From NCBI GenBank assembly GCA_002269645.1, contig NIVC01000114.1, forward strand, positions 310,001-374,000: a stretch of 64,000 nt of DNA, read 5' to 3'. Below, in pieces: positions 26,444 to 43,721 of the stretch; the first letter of the stretch is position 1, and every line of letters starts with the position of its first letter. A program made the position numbers and the translations under genes. This DNA is from Macrostomum lignano. Taxonomy: Eukaryota. Below the pieces are notes generated by a model that saw only the letters and a list, made by a program, of their open reading frames with translations, was not told the DNA's origin and did not search any database.

Positions 26444-28268
26444 TGTCTGTCTATCGGTTCTGGGCCGCTGTCTGTCTGTCTATCAGTTCTGGGCCGCTGT
26501 CTGTCTGTCTATCAGTTCTGGGCCGCTGTCTGTCTGTCTATCAGTTCTGGGCCGCTGTCTGTCTGTCTATCAGTTCTGGGCCGCTGTCTGTCTGTCTATC
26601 AGTTCTGGGCCGCTGTCTGTCTGTCTATCAGTTCTGGGCCGCTGTCTGTCTGTCCATCAGTTCTGGGCCGCTGTCTGTCTGTCTATCAGTTCTGGGCCGC
26701 TGTCTGTCTGTCTATCAGTTCTGGGCCGCTGTCTGTCTGTCCATCAGTTCTGGGCCGCTGTCTGTCTGTCCATCCGTTCTGGGCCGCTGTCTGTCTGTCC
26801 ATCAGTTCTGGGCCGCTGTCTGTCTGTCCATCAGTTCTGGGCCGCTGTCTGTCTGTCTATCAGTTCTGGGCCGCTGTCTGTCTGTCTATCAGTTCTGGGC
26901 CGCTGTCTGTCTGTCTATCAGTTCTGGGCCGCTGTCTGTCTGTCTATCAGTTCTGAGCCGCTGTCTGTCTATCAGTTCTGGGCCGCTGTCTGTCTGTCCA
27001 TCAGTTCTGGGCCGCTGTCTGTCTGTCTATCAGTTCTGAGCCGCTGTCTGTCTATCAGTTCTGGGCCGCTGTCTGTCTGTCCATCCGTTCTGGGCCGCTG
27101 TCTGTCTGTCTATCAGTTCTGGGCCGCTGTCTGTCTGTCTATCAGTTCTGGGCCGCTGTCTGTCTGTCTATCAGTTCTGGGCCGCTGTCTGTCTGTCCAT
27201 CAGTTCTGGGCCGCTGTCTGTCTGTCTATCAGTTCTGAGCTGCTGTCTGTCTATCAGTTCTGGGCCGCTGTCTGTCTGTCTATCAGTTCTGGGCCGCTGT
27301 CTGTCTGTCCATCAGTTCTGGGCCGCTGTCTGTCTGTCCATCAGTTCTGGGCCGCTGTCTGTCTGTCCATCAGTTCTGGGCCGCTGTCTGTCTGTCCATC
27401 AGTTCTGGGCCGCTGTCTGTCTGTCCATCAGTTCTGGGCCGCTGTCTGTCTGTCCATCAGTTCTGGGCCGCTGTCTGTCTGTCCATCAGTTCTGGGCCGC
27501 TGTCTGTCTGTCCATCAGTTCTGGGCCGCTGTCTGTCTATCAGTTCTGAGCCGCTGTCTGTCTATCAGTTCTGGGCCGCTGTCTGTCTGTCCATCCGTTC
27601 TGGGCCGCTGTCTGTCTGTCTATCAGTTCTGGGCCGCTGTCTGTCTGTCCATCAGTTCTGGGCCGCTGTCTGTCTGTCCATCAGTTCTGGGCCGCTGTCT
27701 GTCTGTCCATCAGTTCTGGGCCGCTGTCTGTCTGTCCATCAGTTCTGGGCCGCTGTCTGTCTATCAGTTCTGAGCCGCTGTCTGTCTATCAGTTCTGGGC
27801 CGCTGTCTGTCTGTCCATCCGTTCTGGGCCGCTGTCTGTCTGTCTATCAGTTCTGGGCCGCTGTCTGTCTGTCTATCAGTTCTGAGCCGCTGTCTGTCTG
27901 TCTATCAGTTCTGGGCCGCTGTCTGTCTGTCCATCAGTTCTGGGCCGCTGTCTGTCTGTCTATCAGTTCTGAGCTGCTGTCTGTCTATCAGTTCTGGGCC
28001 ACTGACTGTCTGTCTGTCAGTTCTGGGCCGCTGACGGTCTGTCTATCAGTTCTGGGCCGCTGTCTGTCTGTCTATCAGTTCTGGGCCGCTGTCTGTCTGT
28101 CTATCAGTTCTGGGCCGCTGTCTGTCTGTCTATCAGTTCTGGGCCACTGACTGTCTGTCTATCAGTTCTGGGCCGCTGTCTGTCTGTCTATCAGTTCTGG
28201 GCCGCTGTCTGTCTGTCTATCAGTTCTGGGCCGCTGTCTGTCTGTCTATCAGTTCTGGGCCGCTGTCT
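26444..28268. repeat. 29-bp minisatellite
   Basis: Unit GCTGTCTGTCTGTCTATCAGTTCTGGGCC, about 63 copies, some 25-bp variants. Confidence 0.96.
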
Positions 28269-28654
28269 TTCAAGCTTCCAGGCAACTGCTACCGCAAAGT
28301 TTTAGAGTAAAATCTTCATCCTATCGACACCTAAAATCCCAGCTCTCTCATCAAGCTCAAAACATCTTTGAGGGGAAGCGCATTGAGATATGGCAGAAGC
28401 ACCCAGCTATAGAGAGGGGAAATAGTTGCTAGGGCCTTGCGTGAGGATTCACAACGGAAAGAAATTATCCTGAACAGCAAGCTTGAAAGACCAAGCGCTT
28501 ACAATCCGCAGAACCGGAATCATCGCACAGAAGCTGAAAATAAAAATATCTTTGTTTCCACTTCCGTTCTGCTTTCGTGTTGGCGAAATTCTTTGCGAAC
28601 TTGGAGACTGAGGATTTTGCGGCGGTCGGTTGGTGTGAGGTGCTGCGGTAAACG

Positions 28655-29582
28655 GGAAGTATTGAGGGAGAGATCAGGAAGAGAGAATGAGAGATTAGAG
28701 AGGGATAGAATGAGAGATCAGAGAGAGATAGAATGAGAGATCGGAGAGAGAGGGATATAATGACAGATCAGAGAGAAATAGAATGAGAGATCAGAGAGAG
28801 ATAGAATGAGAGATCAGGAGAGATAGAATGAGAGATCAGAGAGAGAGAAATAGAATGAGAGATCAGAGAGAGAGAAATAGAATGAGAGATCAGAGAGAGA
28901 TAGAATGAGAGATCAGAGAGAGATAGAATGAGAGATCAGAGAGAGATAGAATGAGAGATCAGAGAGAGATAGAATGAGAGATCAGAGAGAGATAGAATGA
29001 GAGATCAGAGAGAGATAGAATGAGAGATCAGAGAGAGATAGAATGAGAGATCAGAGAGAGATAGAATGAGAGATCAGAGAGAGATAGAATGAGAGACCAG
29101 GAGAGAGATAGAATGAGAGATCAGAGAGAGAGAGATAGAATGAGAGATCAGAGAGAGATAGAATGAGAGATCAGAGAGAGAGAGATAGAATGAGAGATCA
29201 GAGAGAGAGAAATAGAATGAGAGATCAGAGAGAGATAGAATGAGAGATCAGAGAGAGAGATAGAATGAGAGATCAGAGAGAGATAGAATGAGAGATCATA
29301 GAGAGAGATAGAATGAGAGATCAGAGAGAGATAGAATGAGAGATCAGAGAGAGAGAGAGATAAAATGAGAGATCAGAGAGAGATAGAATGAGAGATCAGA
29401 GAGAGATAGAATGAGAGATCAGAGAGAGATAGAATGAGAGATCAGAGAGAGATAGAATGAGAGATCAGGAGAGATAGAATGAGAGATCAGAGAGAGAGAT
29501 AGAATGAGAGATCAAAGAGAGAGAGAGAGAGAGAGATAGAATGAGAGATCAGAGAGAGAGAGAGAGAGAGATAGAATGAGAG

Positions 29583-29620
<38 letters not shown>

Positions 29621-29912
29621 ATGAGAGATCAGAGAGAGATAGAATGAGAGATCAGAGAGAGATAGAATGAGAGATCAGAGAGAGATAGAATGAGAGATCA
29701 GAGAGAGATAGAATGAGAGATCAGAGAGAGATAGAATGAGAGATCAGAGAGAGAGAGAGAGAGAGAGATAGAATGAGAGATCAGAGAGAGATAGAATGAG
29801 AGATCAGAGAGAGATAGAATGAGAGATCAGAGAGAGATAGAATGAGAGATCAGAGAGAGATAGAATGAGAGATCAGGAGAGATAGAATGAGAGATCAGGA
29901 GAGATAGAATGA
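28655..29912. repeat. ~23-bp GA-rich minisatellite
   Basis: Unit GAGAGAGATAGAATGAGAGATCA with variable (GA)n length. Confidence 0.95.
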
Positions 29913-30727
29913 GCCAGTCCAGAATTGAATGAGAGCACATGGGAATTCAGCTGAGTCTGAAACACACAAGGCGGAAGTGAAGGCATTGCTAAGTGAGATT
30001 AGTGACCAGCAAAGAGGTCTCAGGAGTGGATCGGGGCCATGACTCCGTTGTCCTTGGAGCAGCGCATCTCCTCCGCCCAGGAAATGCGAGTCAATCTCTC
30101 CATATTGGTGCTAATTTTCTCAACAATGGTTTTGAATTCTATGGAAGTACTTGAGGTCAATCTATTACACTTATTATTAGTATTATAGGGCTTGTTAAGT
30201 ATTGCTCACAAAGAATCAATTTCTTTCTCAATCCACTCCACCCAGGCCTGACAGATTCTCCTGTGCAGCTGGGCCTTCCTGTATTATGGCTCTCAAGTCA
30301 GCTATTGAGAACTTGTTTCCTTATTGGCACGGACTTGAAGCGATGGCAGTAGAGAAGGCAATTAGGTGAAGCCTGCATCCCCCTACTCAGCCTTCTCTTC
30401 ATCTCTACTCAAATCAAGGATGTCAACTGCAAGTCGCTCGGAAACTTTGACAACCCTTCCCCTCTCCCGTGCCACTAATAAGTCCTGTCCGTCAGGGTGT
30501 CAAGGACGAAGTGAAAACTGAAAATATGAAAGTCAAATCTGGGCAGAAGGAAAAAACCAAAATTAAAGTTTATGATGGCATCGGTGAAGCTTCAATCTGA
30601 TGCAGTTGTGCTGCTTTATTGCAACGCTTAACACTGACTGAGGCTTCTGTGCAAAGCATTTGGACTCACTGAGAGTACTGAAAATTTGACAAGTGACTTC
30701 TTAAGCTGCTACAAATATTTTTGGGCC

Positions 30728-30733
30728 TTTATT
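30728..30733 (-). terminator. Candidate polyadenylation signal (AATAAA) of Irx
   Basis: First AATAAA I found on the minus strand after the Irx stop at 31403; it lies just beyond the GACA array. Confidence 0.4.
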
Positions 30734-30771
30734 TCTGCCTATAAGGGCGTAGTTTCTGACCCCGTGCAGGG

Positions 30772-31200
<429 letters not shown>

Positions 31201-31402
31201 AAAGGGACAGACAGTTGCAAAGCTGTGTACGCTGACAGATTACAGGCTATTGCTAAACGTGAAACGGCACTACAATAAAAACACAAATATCGCATATGCC
31301 TGAAGTATAGAAATGGCATGCAGGACAGGAACATTCTCAGACATTGCAGCCGCGCACACAGCTGTCAGGGTTATAAACAGTAAATAAAAACTCTGCCAAG
31401 CA

Positions 31403-35236
<3,834 letters not shown>

Positions 35237-35420
35237 TGGAAAGATTTAACAGAAAAATCAATTCGCTTTGTTTGAAAACACAGTTTCTGTGTTTAAATGA
35301 AGATTTGTCAACTGCGATTAAAGATTTGACTTCTTTGAGGGCAAGGAATTTGTTAGATACGAGGAGAGAGGTTGGCGGTTCTTTTGGTGGGATCGGGGGA
35401 GAGTCACCGGGGGGGGGGCA

Positions 35421-35436
35421 GCTTCTCATTGGCTGC
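35421..35436 (-). promoter_or_regulatory. Candidate CCAAT box (NF-Y type) upstream of Irx
   Basis: GCAGCCAATGAGAAGC on the minus strand, about 190 nt upstream of ATG 35236. Confidence 0.35.
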
Positions 35437-35997
35437 GACTTGTCAATGGGGAGTCTGGAGCAATTGGATGAGGCCACTGCAGACCCAACCAGGAGTGCCC
35501 CTGTCTGTTGGAGGTGGGCGGGCTCTTTCTGAACTGGCAACAAGCAGCCTTCATATATCAGACCGACCTACTGGTTCTGAACTCTGAATTTTAATCCAAG
35601 ATAATAAAATTTAATAATTAATTATGAAACCAACTGCGCTTAAATTAAAAATTCAATTATCCCATTTCATATTCTCTATCTATCCTACACTAACTATTGA
35701 GTATTGAGTCATAGCAACAGCGGGTGATCTGTCATGGTTTTTTGTTGGTAAAGCGCGGTTATCTACTTTTACATTCTATCTGTGAATTGCCCCCCCGCAA
35801 TTGCTTTTTATCGATTCTTAATTAATGAGGGAACTTAAAGTCATTCGAAAAAATGCGATTAAGTATTAGAAATTTTCAATTATCATAAAACGGCAATCCA
35901 AAGAGAATACAGGTTGAAACGAAGAACTTCATTTAAAAAACGATTTTTTTTCTTTTACTGATGGAGTAAAGAAGTGTCGCTGATGACGGGACCCGAA

Positions 35998-37098
35998 AAA
36001 ATGGTGCCATTTACAGACACCCTTGAAATGGCGCCACTTACAGACACCGCCTGAAATGGCGCCACTTACAGACACCCTCGAAATGGCGCCACTTACAGAC
36101 ACCATCTGAAATGGCGCCACTTACAGACACCCCCTGAAATGGCGCCACTTGCAGACACCCCCTGAAATGGCGCCACTTACAGACACCCCTAAAATGGCAC
36201 CACTTACAGACACTTCTGAAATGGCACCACTTACAGACACCCCTCGAAATGGCGCCACTTGGAGACACCCCCTGAAATGGCGCCACTTACAGACCCCCCT
36301 GAAATGGCGCCACTTACAGACAACCCCTGAAATGGCGCCACTTACAAACACCCCCTGAAATGGCGCCACTTACAAACACTTCTGAAATGGCGCCACTTAC
36401 AGACACCCTCCTGAAATGGCGCCACTTACAGACAATGATGAAATGACACCACTTACAGACACCCTCCTGAAATGGCGCCACTTACAGACAATGATGAAAT
36501 GACACCACTTACAGACACCCTCGAAATGGCGCCACTTATAGACACCCTCCTGAAATGGTGCCACTTACAGACAATGATGAAATGACACCACTTACAGACA
36601 CCCTCCTGAAATGGCGCCACTTACAGACAATGATGAAATGACACCACTTACAGACACCCTCGAAATGGCGCCACTTATAGACACCCTCCTGAAATGGCGC
36701 CACTTACAGACAATGATGAAATTACACCACTTACAGACACCTTCGAAATGGCGCCACTTATAGACACCCTCGAAACGGCGCCACTTACAGACACCCCCTG
36801 AAATGGCGCCACTTACAGACACCCTCGAAATGGCGCCACTTATAGACACCCTCGAAATGGCGCCACTTACAGACACCCCCTGAAATGGCGCCACTTACAG
36901 ACACCCCTTGAATTGGCGCCACTTACAGACACCATCTGAAATGGCGTCACTTACAGACACTTATGAAATGGCGCCACTTATAGACACCCTCGAAATGGCG
37001 CCACTTACAGACACCCCTTGAATTGGCGCGACTTACAGACACCTTCGAAATGGCGCCACTTACAGACACCCCTTGAATTGGCGCAACTTACAGACACT
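35998..37098. repeat. ~27-30-bp minisatellite upstream of Irx
   Basis: Unit GAAATGGCGCCACTTACAGACACCC(CCT), roughly 38 copies. Confidence 0.95.
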
Positions 37099-37781
37099 TC
37101 TCATGTAAGATTACTCACAAGATTACCATGGTAACAATAATTTTTGAAATGAAGCATGTTCTGCTTGTTAATCCAAAGGACAATATAAATTATTTTTGTA
37201 TCCATGGAAACAGATCAACTGATTCAATCTCTTCCTTTACAAACTGCAGCGCTGACCTTGGAGTTTCGATTCTAAAATCTAAACCAATCACTGATTGCTA
37301 AATTCCATAACTCCCATATGTAAAATCTCAATATACAGGCATAACAGACAAAAGCACACTTGAAATTATACAAACCAAATCTAAAAATTGTCTTGATTCA
37401 AAGAGATTTACAAGATAAAAATCTTACATGAGTAGTTTTTGACCATTTTGTGCTTATTGTTTGTTTCCACTAACTAAACACTGTTTTCTCTTTGAGTGGT
37501 TCTCATAAATATTTAATGAAGCTATGATTCTAAATTCACTCTGTGAGGGAATGACATTGAGGGAGTGACAACAATGCTAGCAAAATATTGGAAGCCTCAA
37601 CACCATATCTCCACAGTTATTTAGTCGTCATGTTTGTTTATTTAAAGTTGATATGCTTTCTACACTCATAAAATTCATAATTGAAATAATCGCCAACGTA
37701 ACTAAAAATATTGTTTTTTTCGATTGTACTAAGGTACGTCTAAGTTGACGAAATCTATTGTCAGAGTCAGGCTTGGTGTTT

Positions 37782-38455
37782 AAGGCGCCATTGCTTGGAG
37801 TTTGAGGCGCCCTAGCTTGGAGTTTGAGGTGCCATTGCTTGGAGTTTGAGGTGCCATTGATTGGAGTTTGAGGCGCCATTGCTTGGAGTTTGAGGTGCCA
37901 TTGATTGGAGTTTGAGGCGCCATTGCTTGGAGTTTGAGGTGCCATTGATTGGAGTTTGAGGCGCCATTGCTTGGAGTTTGAGGCGCCATTGCTTGGAGTT
38001 TGAGGTGCCATTGATTGGAGTTTGAGGCGCCATTGCTTGGAGTTTGAGGTGCCATTGATTGGAGTTTGAGGTGCCATTGCTTGGAGTTTGAGGTGCCAGT
38101 GATTGGAGTTTGAGGTGCCATTGCTTGGAGTTTGAGGCACCAATGCTTGGAGTTTGAGGTGCCATTGATTGGAGTTTGAGGCACCAATGCTTGGAGTTTG
38201 AGGTGCCATTGATTGGAGTTTGAGGCGCCATTGCTTGGAGTTTGAGGTGCCATTGATTGGAGTTTGAGGCGCCATTGCTTGGAGTTTGAGGCGCCATTGC
38301 TTGGAGTTTGAGGGGCAATTGCTTGGAGTTTGAGGGGCAATTGCTTGGAGTTTGAGGCGCCATTGCTTGGAGTTTGAGGCGCCTTTGCTTGGAGTTTGAG
38401 GCGCCATTGCTTGGAGTTTGAGGGGCAATTGCTTGGAGTTTGAGGTGCCATTGCA
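37782..38455. repeat. 22-bp minisatellite
   Basis: Unit GAGG(T/C)GCCATTG(C/A)TTGGAGTTT, about 30 copies. Confidence 0.95.
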
Positions 38456-39099
38456 GGGTGTTTTTAACTTCTTTATAGTGCTTGACGTACTTTGAAGTAT
38501 CAACTTTATTTTGCCCCAAGTAAGCCCGTGTCATCTCCCAACCCAGCCCTGGGGAAGTCGTCCGATGCAACCTGAGGCTGAACAATCTCCCCTTGAAGAG
38601 AGATGCAGGCAAGAGCGTAGGGAGAAAAAATCAGGGAGGCTATGGAAGAGAAGGGTTTTGAGTCAAAGATCCCAGAGCCAGGTCCCCGAGACTCTCTCCC
38701 CACTCCAACCCCATCGCCCGCCCCTATGTCACAACTAACTTCGCTAAACTAAATGACAAGACACGGCTCCTGCTCAATGCCATGTTGTTAATCTGTGCAT
38801 GCCCCCCTATAGGGCGGCTCCCCTCCCTCCTCTTGTTCGGCGCCCCCCTCTTTGTCCAGCCCGCCATGTTTTGTTCGAAAATTTACAAGGAATCTTTCTA
38901 TCGAACACGGATGATATGGCGGCGCAGGACTCGAGACTCGGGGAGCCTCAGTTTCCGAAACTCAATCCTAACGACATGAAATTTGCGGACTGGGGGGGGT
39001 TCTTTTATCCCAGATCACTTCACCTGCCTTCACCGAGTCACTAATGAGCTGCTTGCCTGGATTGCTGACTGCTTTGAGCTGCTTCTGTGCAGTCTCCTA

Positions 39100-40295
39100 G
39101 TATCTCCCACTCTCTCCTTTCCCACTCTCTCCCCCCACTCTCTCCTCTCACTCTCTACTCTCCACTCTCTTCTCTCCACTCTCTCCCCCCACTCTCTCCT
39201 CTCACTCTCTACTCTCCACTCTCTTCTCTCCACTCTCTCCCCCCACTCTCTTCTCTCACTCTCTACTCTCCACTCTCTTCTCTTCACTCTCTCCTCTCCA
39301 CTCTCTCCTCTCACTCTCTCCTTTCCCACTCTCTCCCCCCACTCTCTCCTCTCAATCTCTACTCTCCACTCTCTCCTCTCCACTCTCTCCTCTCCACTCT
39401 CTCCTCTCCACTCTCTCCTCTCCACTCTCTCCTCTCCCACTCTCTCCTCTCCACTCTCTCCTCTCCACTCTCTCCTCTCCACTCTCTCCTCTCCACTCTC
39501 TCCTCTCCACTCTCTCCTCTCCACTCTCTCCTCTCCACTCTCTCCTCTCCACTCTCTCCTCTCCACTCTCTCCTCTCCACTCTCTCCTCCCCACTCTCTC
39601 CCCACTCTCTCCTCTCCACTCTCTCCTCTCCACTCTCTCCTCTCCACTCTCTTCTCTCCACTCTCTTCTCTCCACTCTCTTCTCTCCACTCTCTCCTCTC
39701 CACTCTCTCCTCTCCCACTCTCTCCTCTCCACTCTCTCCTCTCCACTCTCTTCTCTCCACTCTCTCCTCTCCACTCTCTCCTCTCCACTCTCTCCTCTCC
39801 ACTCTCTCCTCTCCACTCTCTCCTCCCCACTCTCTCCCCCACTCTCTCCTCTCCACTCTCTCCTCTCCACTCTCTCCTCTCCACTCTCTTCTCTCCACTC
39901 TCTTCTCTCCACTCTCTCCTCTCCACTCTCTCCTCTCCACTCTCTTCTCTCCACTCTCTCCTCTCCACTCTCTCCTCTCCACTCTCTGCTCTCCACTCTC
40001 TCCTCTCCACTCTCTCCTCTCCCACTCTCTCCTCTCCCACTCTCTCCTCTCTCCACTCTCTCCTCTCTCCACTCTCTCCTCTCTCCACTCTTTCCTCTCC
40101 ACTCTCTCCTCTCTCCACTCTCTGCTCTCCACTCTCTTCTCTCCATTCTCTCCTCTCCTATTCTCCCTCTCCACTTTCTCCTCTCCACTCTCCCCTCTCC
40201 CACTCTCTCCTCTCTCCACTCTCTCCTCTCTCCACTCTCTGCTCTCCACTCTCTCCTCTCCTATTCTCCCTCTGCACTCTCTCTTCTCAACCCTC
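39100..40295. repeat. 14-bp CT-rich minisatellite
   Basis: Unit CTCCACTCTCTCCT. Confidence 0.95.
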
Positions 40296-41221
40296 TCCTC
40301 TCCCACATTTTTACATTTTCTATTTTCTACCTTCAGTTTCAATTAAACAGAGGCAAAATAAGGAAAAATCATTTGAATCGGTTCCATATGAAACATTGCG
40401 CAATCCAATATGTAAACAGTAAACCCTACAATGAAGTGTGAATGAGTCTCCTTTGATACATTCAAGTTCTAAATTGCTTTTTCCACGAGCTGAGAATTTT
40501 ATTTCAATTTTGGCACGCAATAAACCTGGGGTTCGGTGGCTAAACAACCAAAACAATCCTTAAACTTTGTTCCTCCCAATGCTGGCTGTTGAGCAACTAG
40601 AGAGCTCAATGTGTTTTTTGGCCTTAGAAACTGCATGCAGGCCCTGGCAATTCCCCATATTTTAGATTCACGATCTGATGCAACAATTGGCAGCTCATAT
40701 AGAGTTTAGTTAGTTATGTATTAGTTTCCATGGAGAGCAGGTAATCCACTGGGTGAACTGCTTGTGCAACCCGAGCTCTACGTGAAAGCAACCTAATAGA
40801 AGTTGGACAATCGTCCATGAAACGTCTATAGTAACCATATTATATCGTCTCATCCATACACAATCGCCTTCAAGATTATTTTTGAGATAATGTAAAATCT
40901 GTATGGAGAATCTTACACTGACCTCTGGTTGCAAAACAGCTGTGTGTAACCGGCCAATGTGTTCAGTAAGTAATGGTCATTGATCATCCGGCTACTTAGA
41001 GAGAGACAGTTCAGTGACATTACACTGAGAGCGGCACAATGGGTTGTGCTGCAGGCAGGCAAAATATTCGAGTTTTGAATATATACTGATCTCTGTCAGT
41101 CAATCATTGAGAGGCCATATGGGTCAAGATTGCATATAGCTTTCATTTCATGACGGTATCTAGCTGTTTAACAATAGAGCTATAGGCTAAAGGAGTCAGG
41201 ATGCCCTCAAGAGAGAACCGT

Positions 41222-42643
41222 AGATTGAGAGGTCATGTAGTAGATTGAGGGGTCATGCAGTAGATTGAGGGGTCATTTAGTAGATTGAGGGGTCATGCAG
41301 TAGATTGAGGGGTCATGCAGTAGATTGAGAGGTCATGTAGTAGATTGAGGGGTCATGCAGTAGATTGAGAGGTCATTTAGTAGATTGAGGGGTCATGCAG
41401 TAGATTGAGGGGTCATTTAGTAGATTGAGGGGTCATGCAGTAGATTGAGGGGTCATGCAGTAGATTGAGGGGTCATGCAGTAGATTGAGAGGTCATGTAG
41501 TAGATTGAGGGGTCATGCAGTAGATTGAGGGGTCATTTAGTAGATTGAGGGGTCATGCAGTAGATTGAGGGGTCATTTAGTAGATTGAGGGGTCATGCAG
41601 TAGATTGAGGGGTCATGCAGTAGATTGAGAGGTCATGTAGTAGATTGAGGGGTCATGCAGTAGATTGAGAGGTCATGTAGTAGATTGAGGGGTCATGCAG
41701 TAGATTGAGGGGTCATTTAGTAGATTGAGGGGTCATGCAGTAGATTGAGGGGTCATTTAGTAGATTGAGGGGTCATTTAGTAGATTGAGGGGTCATGCAG
41801 TACATTGAGGGGTCATTTAGTAGATTGAGGGGGTCATTTAGTAGATTGAGGGGTCATTAGTAGATTGAGGGGTCAGTTAGTAGATTGAGGGGTCATTTAC
41901 TAACTAGATTGAGGGGTCATTTAGTAGATTGAGGGGTCATTTAGTAGATCGAGGGGTCATTTAGTAGGTTGAGAAGTCATTTAGTAGATTGAGGGGTCAT
42001 TTAGTACGTTGAGGGGTCATTTAGTAGGTTGAGGGGTCATTTAGTAGATTGAAGGGTAATTTAGTAGATTGAGGGGTCATTTACTAGACTGAGGGGTAAT
42101 TTAGTAGATTGAGAAGTCATTTAGTAGATTGAGGGGTCATGTAGTAGATTGAGGGGTAATTTAGTAGATTGAGGAGTCACTTAGTAGATTGAGGGGTCAT
42201 TTAGTAAATTGAGGGGTAATTTAGTAGATTGAGAGGTCATTTAGTAGGTTGAGGGGTCATTTACTAGACTGAGGGGTAATTTAGTAGATTGAGAGGTAAT
42301 TTAGTAGATTGAGGGGTCATTTAGTAAATTGAGGGGTCATTTAGTAGGTTGAGGGGTCATTTACTAGACTGAGGGGTAATTTAGTAGATTGAGGGGTCAT
42401 TTAGTAGATTGAGGGGTCAGTTGGTAGGTTGAGGGGTCATTTACTAGACTGAGGGGTAATTTAGTAGATTGAGGGGTCATTTAGTAGATTTTGGGGTCAT
42501 GAAGTAGAATGAGGGGTCATTCGGTAGAATGAGGGGCCATGCAGTAGATTGGGGGGGGTCATTCGGTAGAATGAGGGGTCATGCAGTCGATTGAGGAGTC
42601 ATTCGGTAGATTGAAGGGTCTTGCAGTAAATTGAGGGGTCATT
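41222..42643. repeat. 20-bp minisatellite
   Basis: Unit AGTAGATTGAGGGGTCAT(GC/TT), about 70 copies, degrading towards the 3' end. Confidence 0.95.
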
Positions 42644-43062
42644 GTTAAACAATTTATATTGTTGTAATTAAAAATGATTTTTTTCTCATAGCTACTGACT
42701 GGCTACTGCTACTACTACTTAAGTAGTAAAACTAGGACATTTTATCCGAACTTAAAAAGATTTTTTTCAACCTAAAACTAATCAGCGTATCGTGCTGTTA
42801 CTCGCACGAAAGAATCAAATTTAAGTACATTTGGAACAGCAAAAAGTTTCTTGAACTCTCTATCGACTGGGATTGCGATCGATAAATCAGACTTTTCCTG
42901 ACTTGCTTCACTTGCAATCAGAGTGTCCCCATAATTTGATTAGCCAGTCCAGTTGATAAGCTGACAAAAAACGGTGGCTGGGATTTCAAATCTTACCATT
43001 TGAACTCTTGATTTGTGTAAGTTGGCGAGCTCTTTCTGAATTCTTTAAACTGCTATTGTCGA

Positions 43063-43721
43063 AATTGGTGACGCTTCAGTCCAAATTGGTGATGCTACTG
43101 TCTAAATTGGTGACGCTATACTACCCAAATTGGTGACGCTACTGTATAAATTGGTGACGCTTCAGTCCAAATTGGTGACGCTACTGTCTAAATTGGTGAC
43201 GCTACTGTATAAATTGGTGACGCTATACTATCTAAATTGGTGACGCTACTGTCTAAATTGGTGACGCTACTGTCTAAATTGGTGACGCTATACTACCCAA
43301 ATTGGTGACGCTACTGTCTAAATTGGTGACGCTACTGTCTAAATTGGTAACGCTACTGTCTAAATTGGTGACGCTACTGTCTAATGTGGAGACGCTTTAC
43401 TGTCTAAATTATTGGTGACGCTATACTTTCTAAATCGGTGACGCTACTGTCTAAATTGGTGACGCTTTACTGTCTAAATTGGTGACGCTTTACTGTCTAA
43501 ATTGGTGACGTAGTTGATCATGACATTGGTGACGCTTTACTGTCTAAATTGGTGACGCTTTACTGTCTAAATTGGTGACGCTTTACTGTCTAAATTGGTG
43601 ACGCTTTACTGTCTAAATTGGTGACGCTTTACTGTCTAAATTGGTGACGTAGTTGATCATGACATTGGTGACGCTTTACTGTCTAAATTGGTGACGTAGT
43701 TGATCATGACATTGGTGACGC
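43063..43721. repeat. 21-23-bp minisatellite
   Basis: Unit AAATTGGTGACGCTACTGTCT. Confidence 0.93.

Noticed and set aside
37628-38612. ORFs with (MAPQTPSNGASNSKQWRLKLQA)n and a hydrophobic tail
   Set aside because: Three-frame translation of the 22-bp unit; the short hydrophobic end has no recognisable family motif.
38983-40422. ERREWRGESG / SPLHSLLSTL ORFs
   Set aside because: 14-bp CT repeat artefacts.
40680-41200. Stop-interrupted coding-like stretch on plus
   Set aside because: No identifiable homology; cannot be called a pseudogene.
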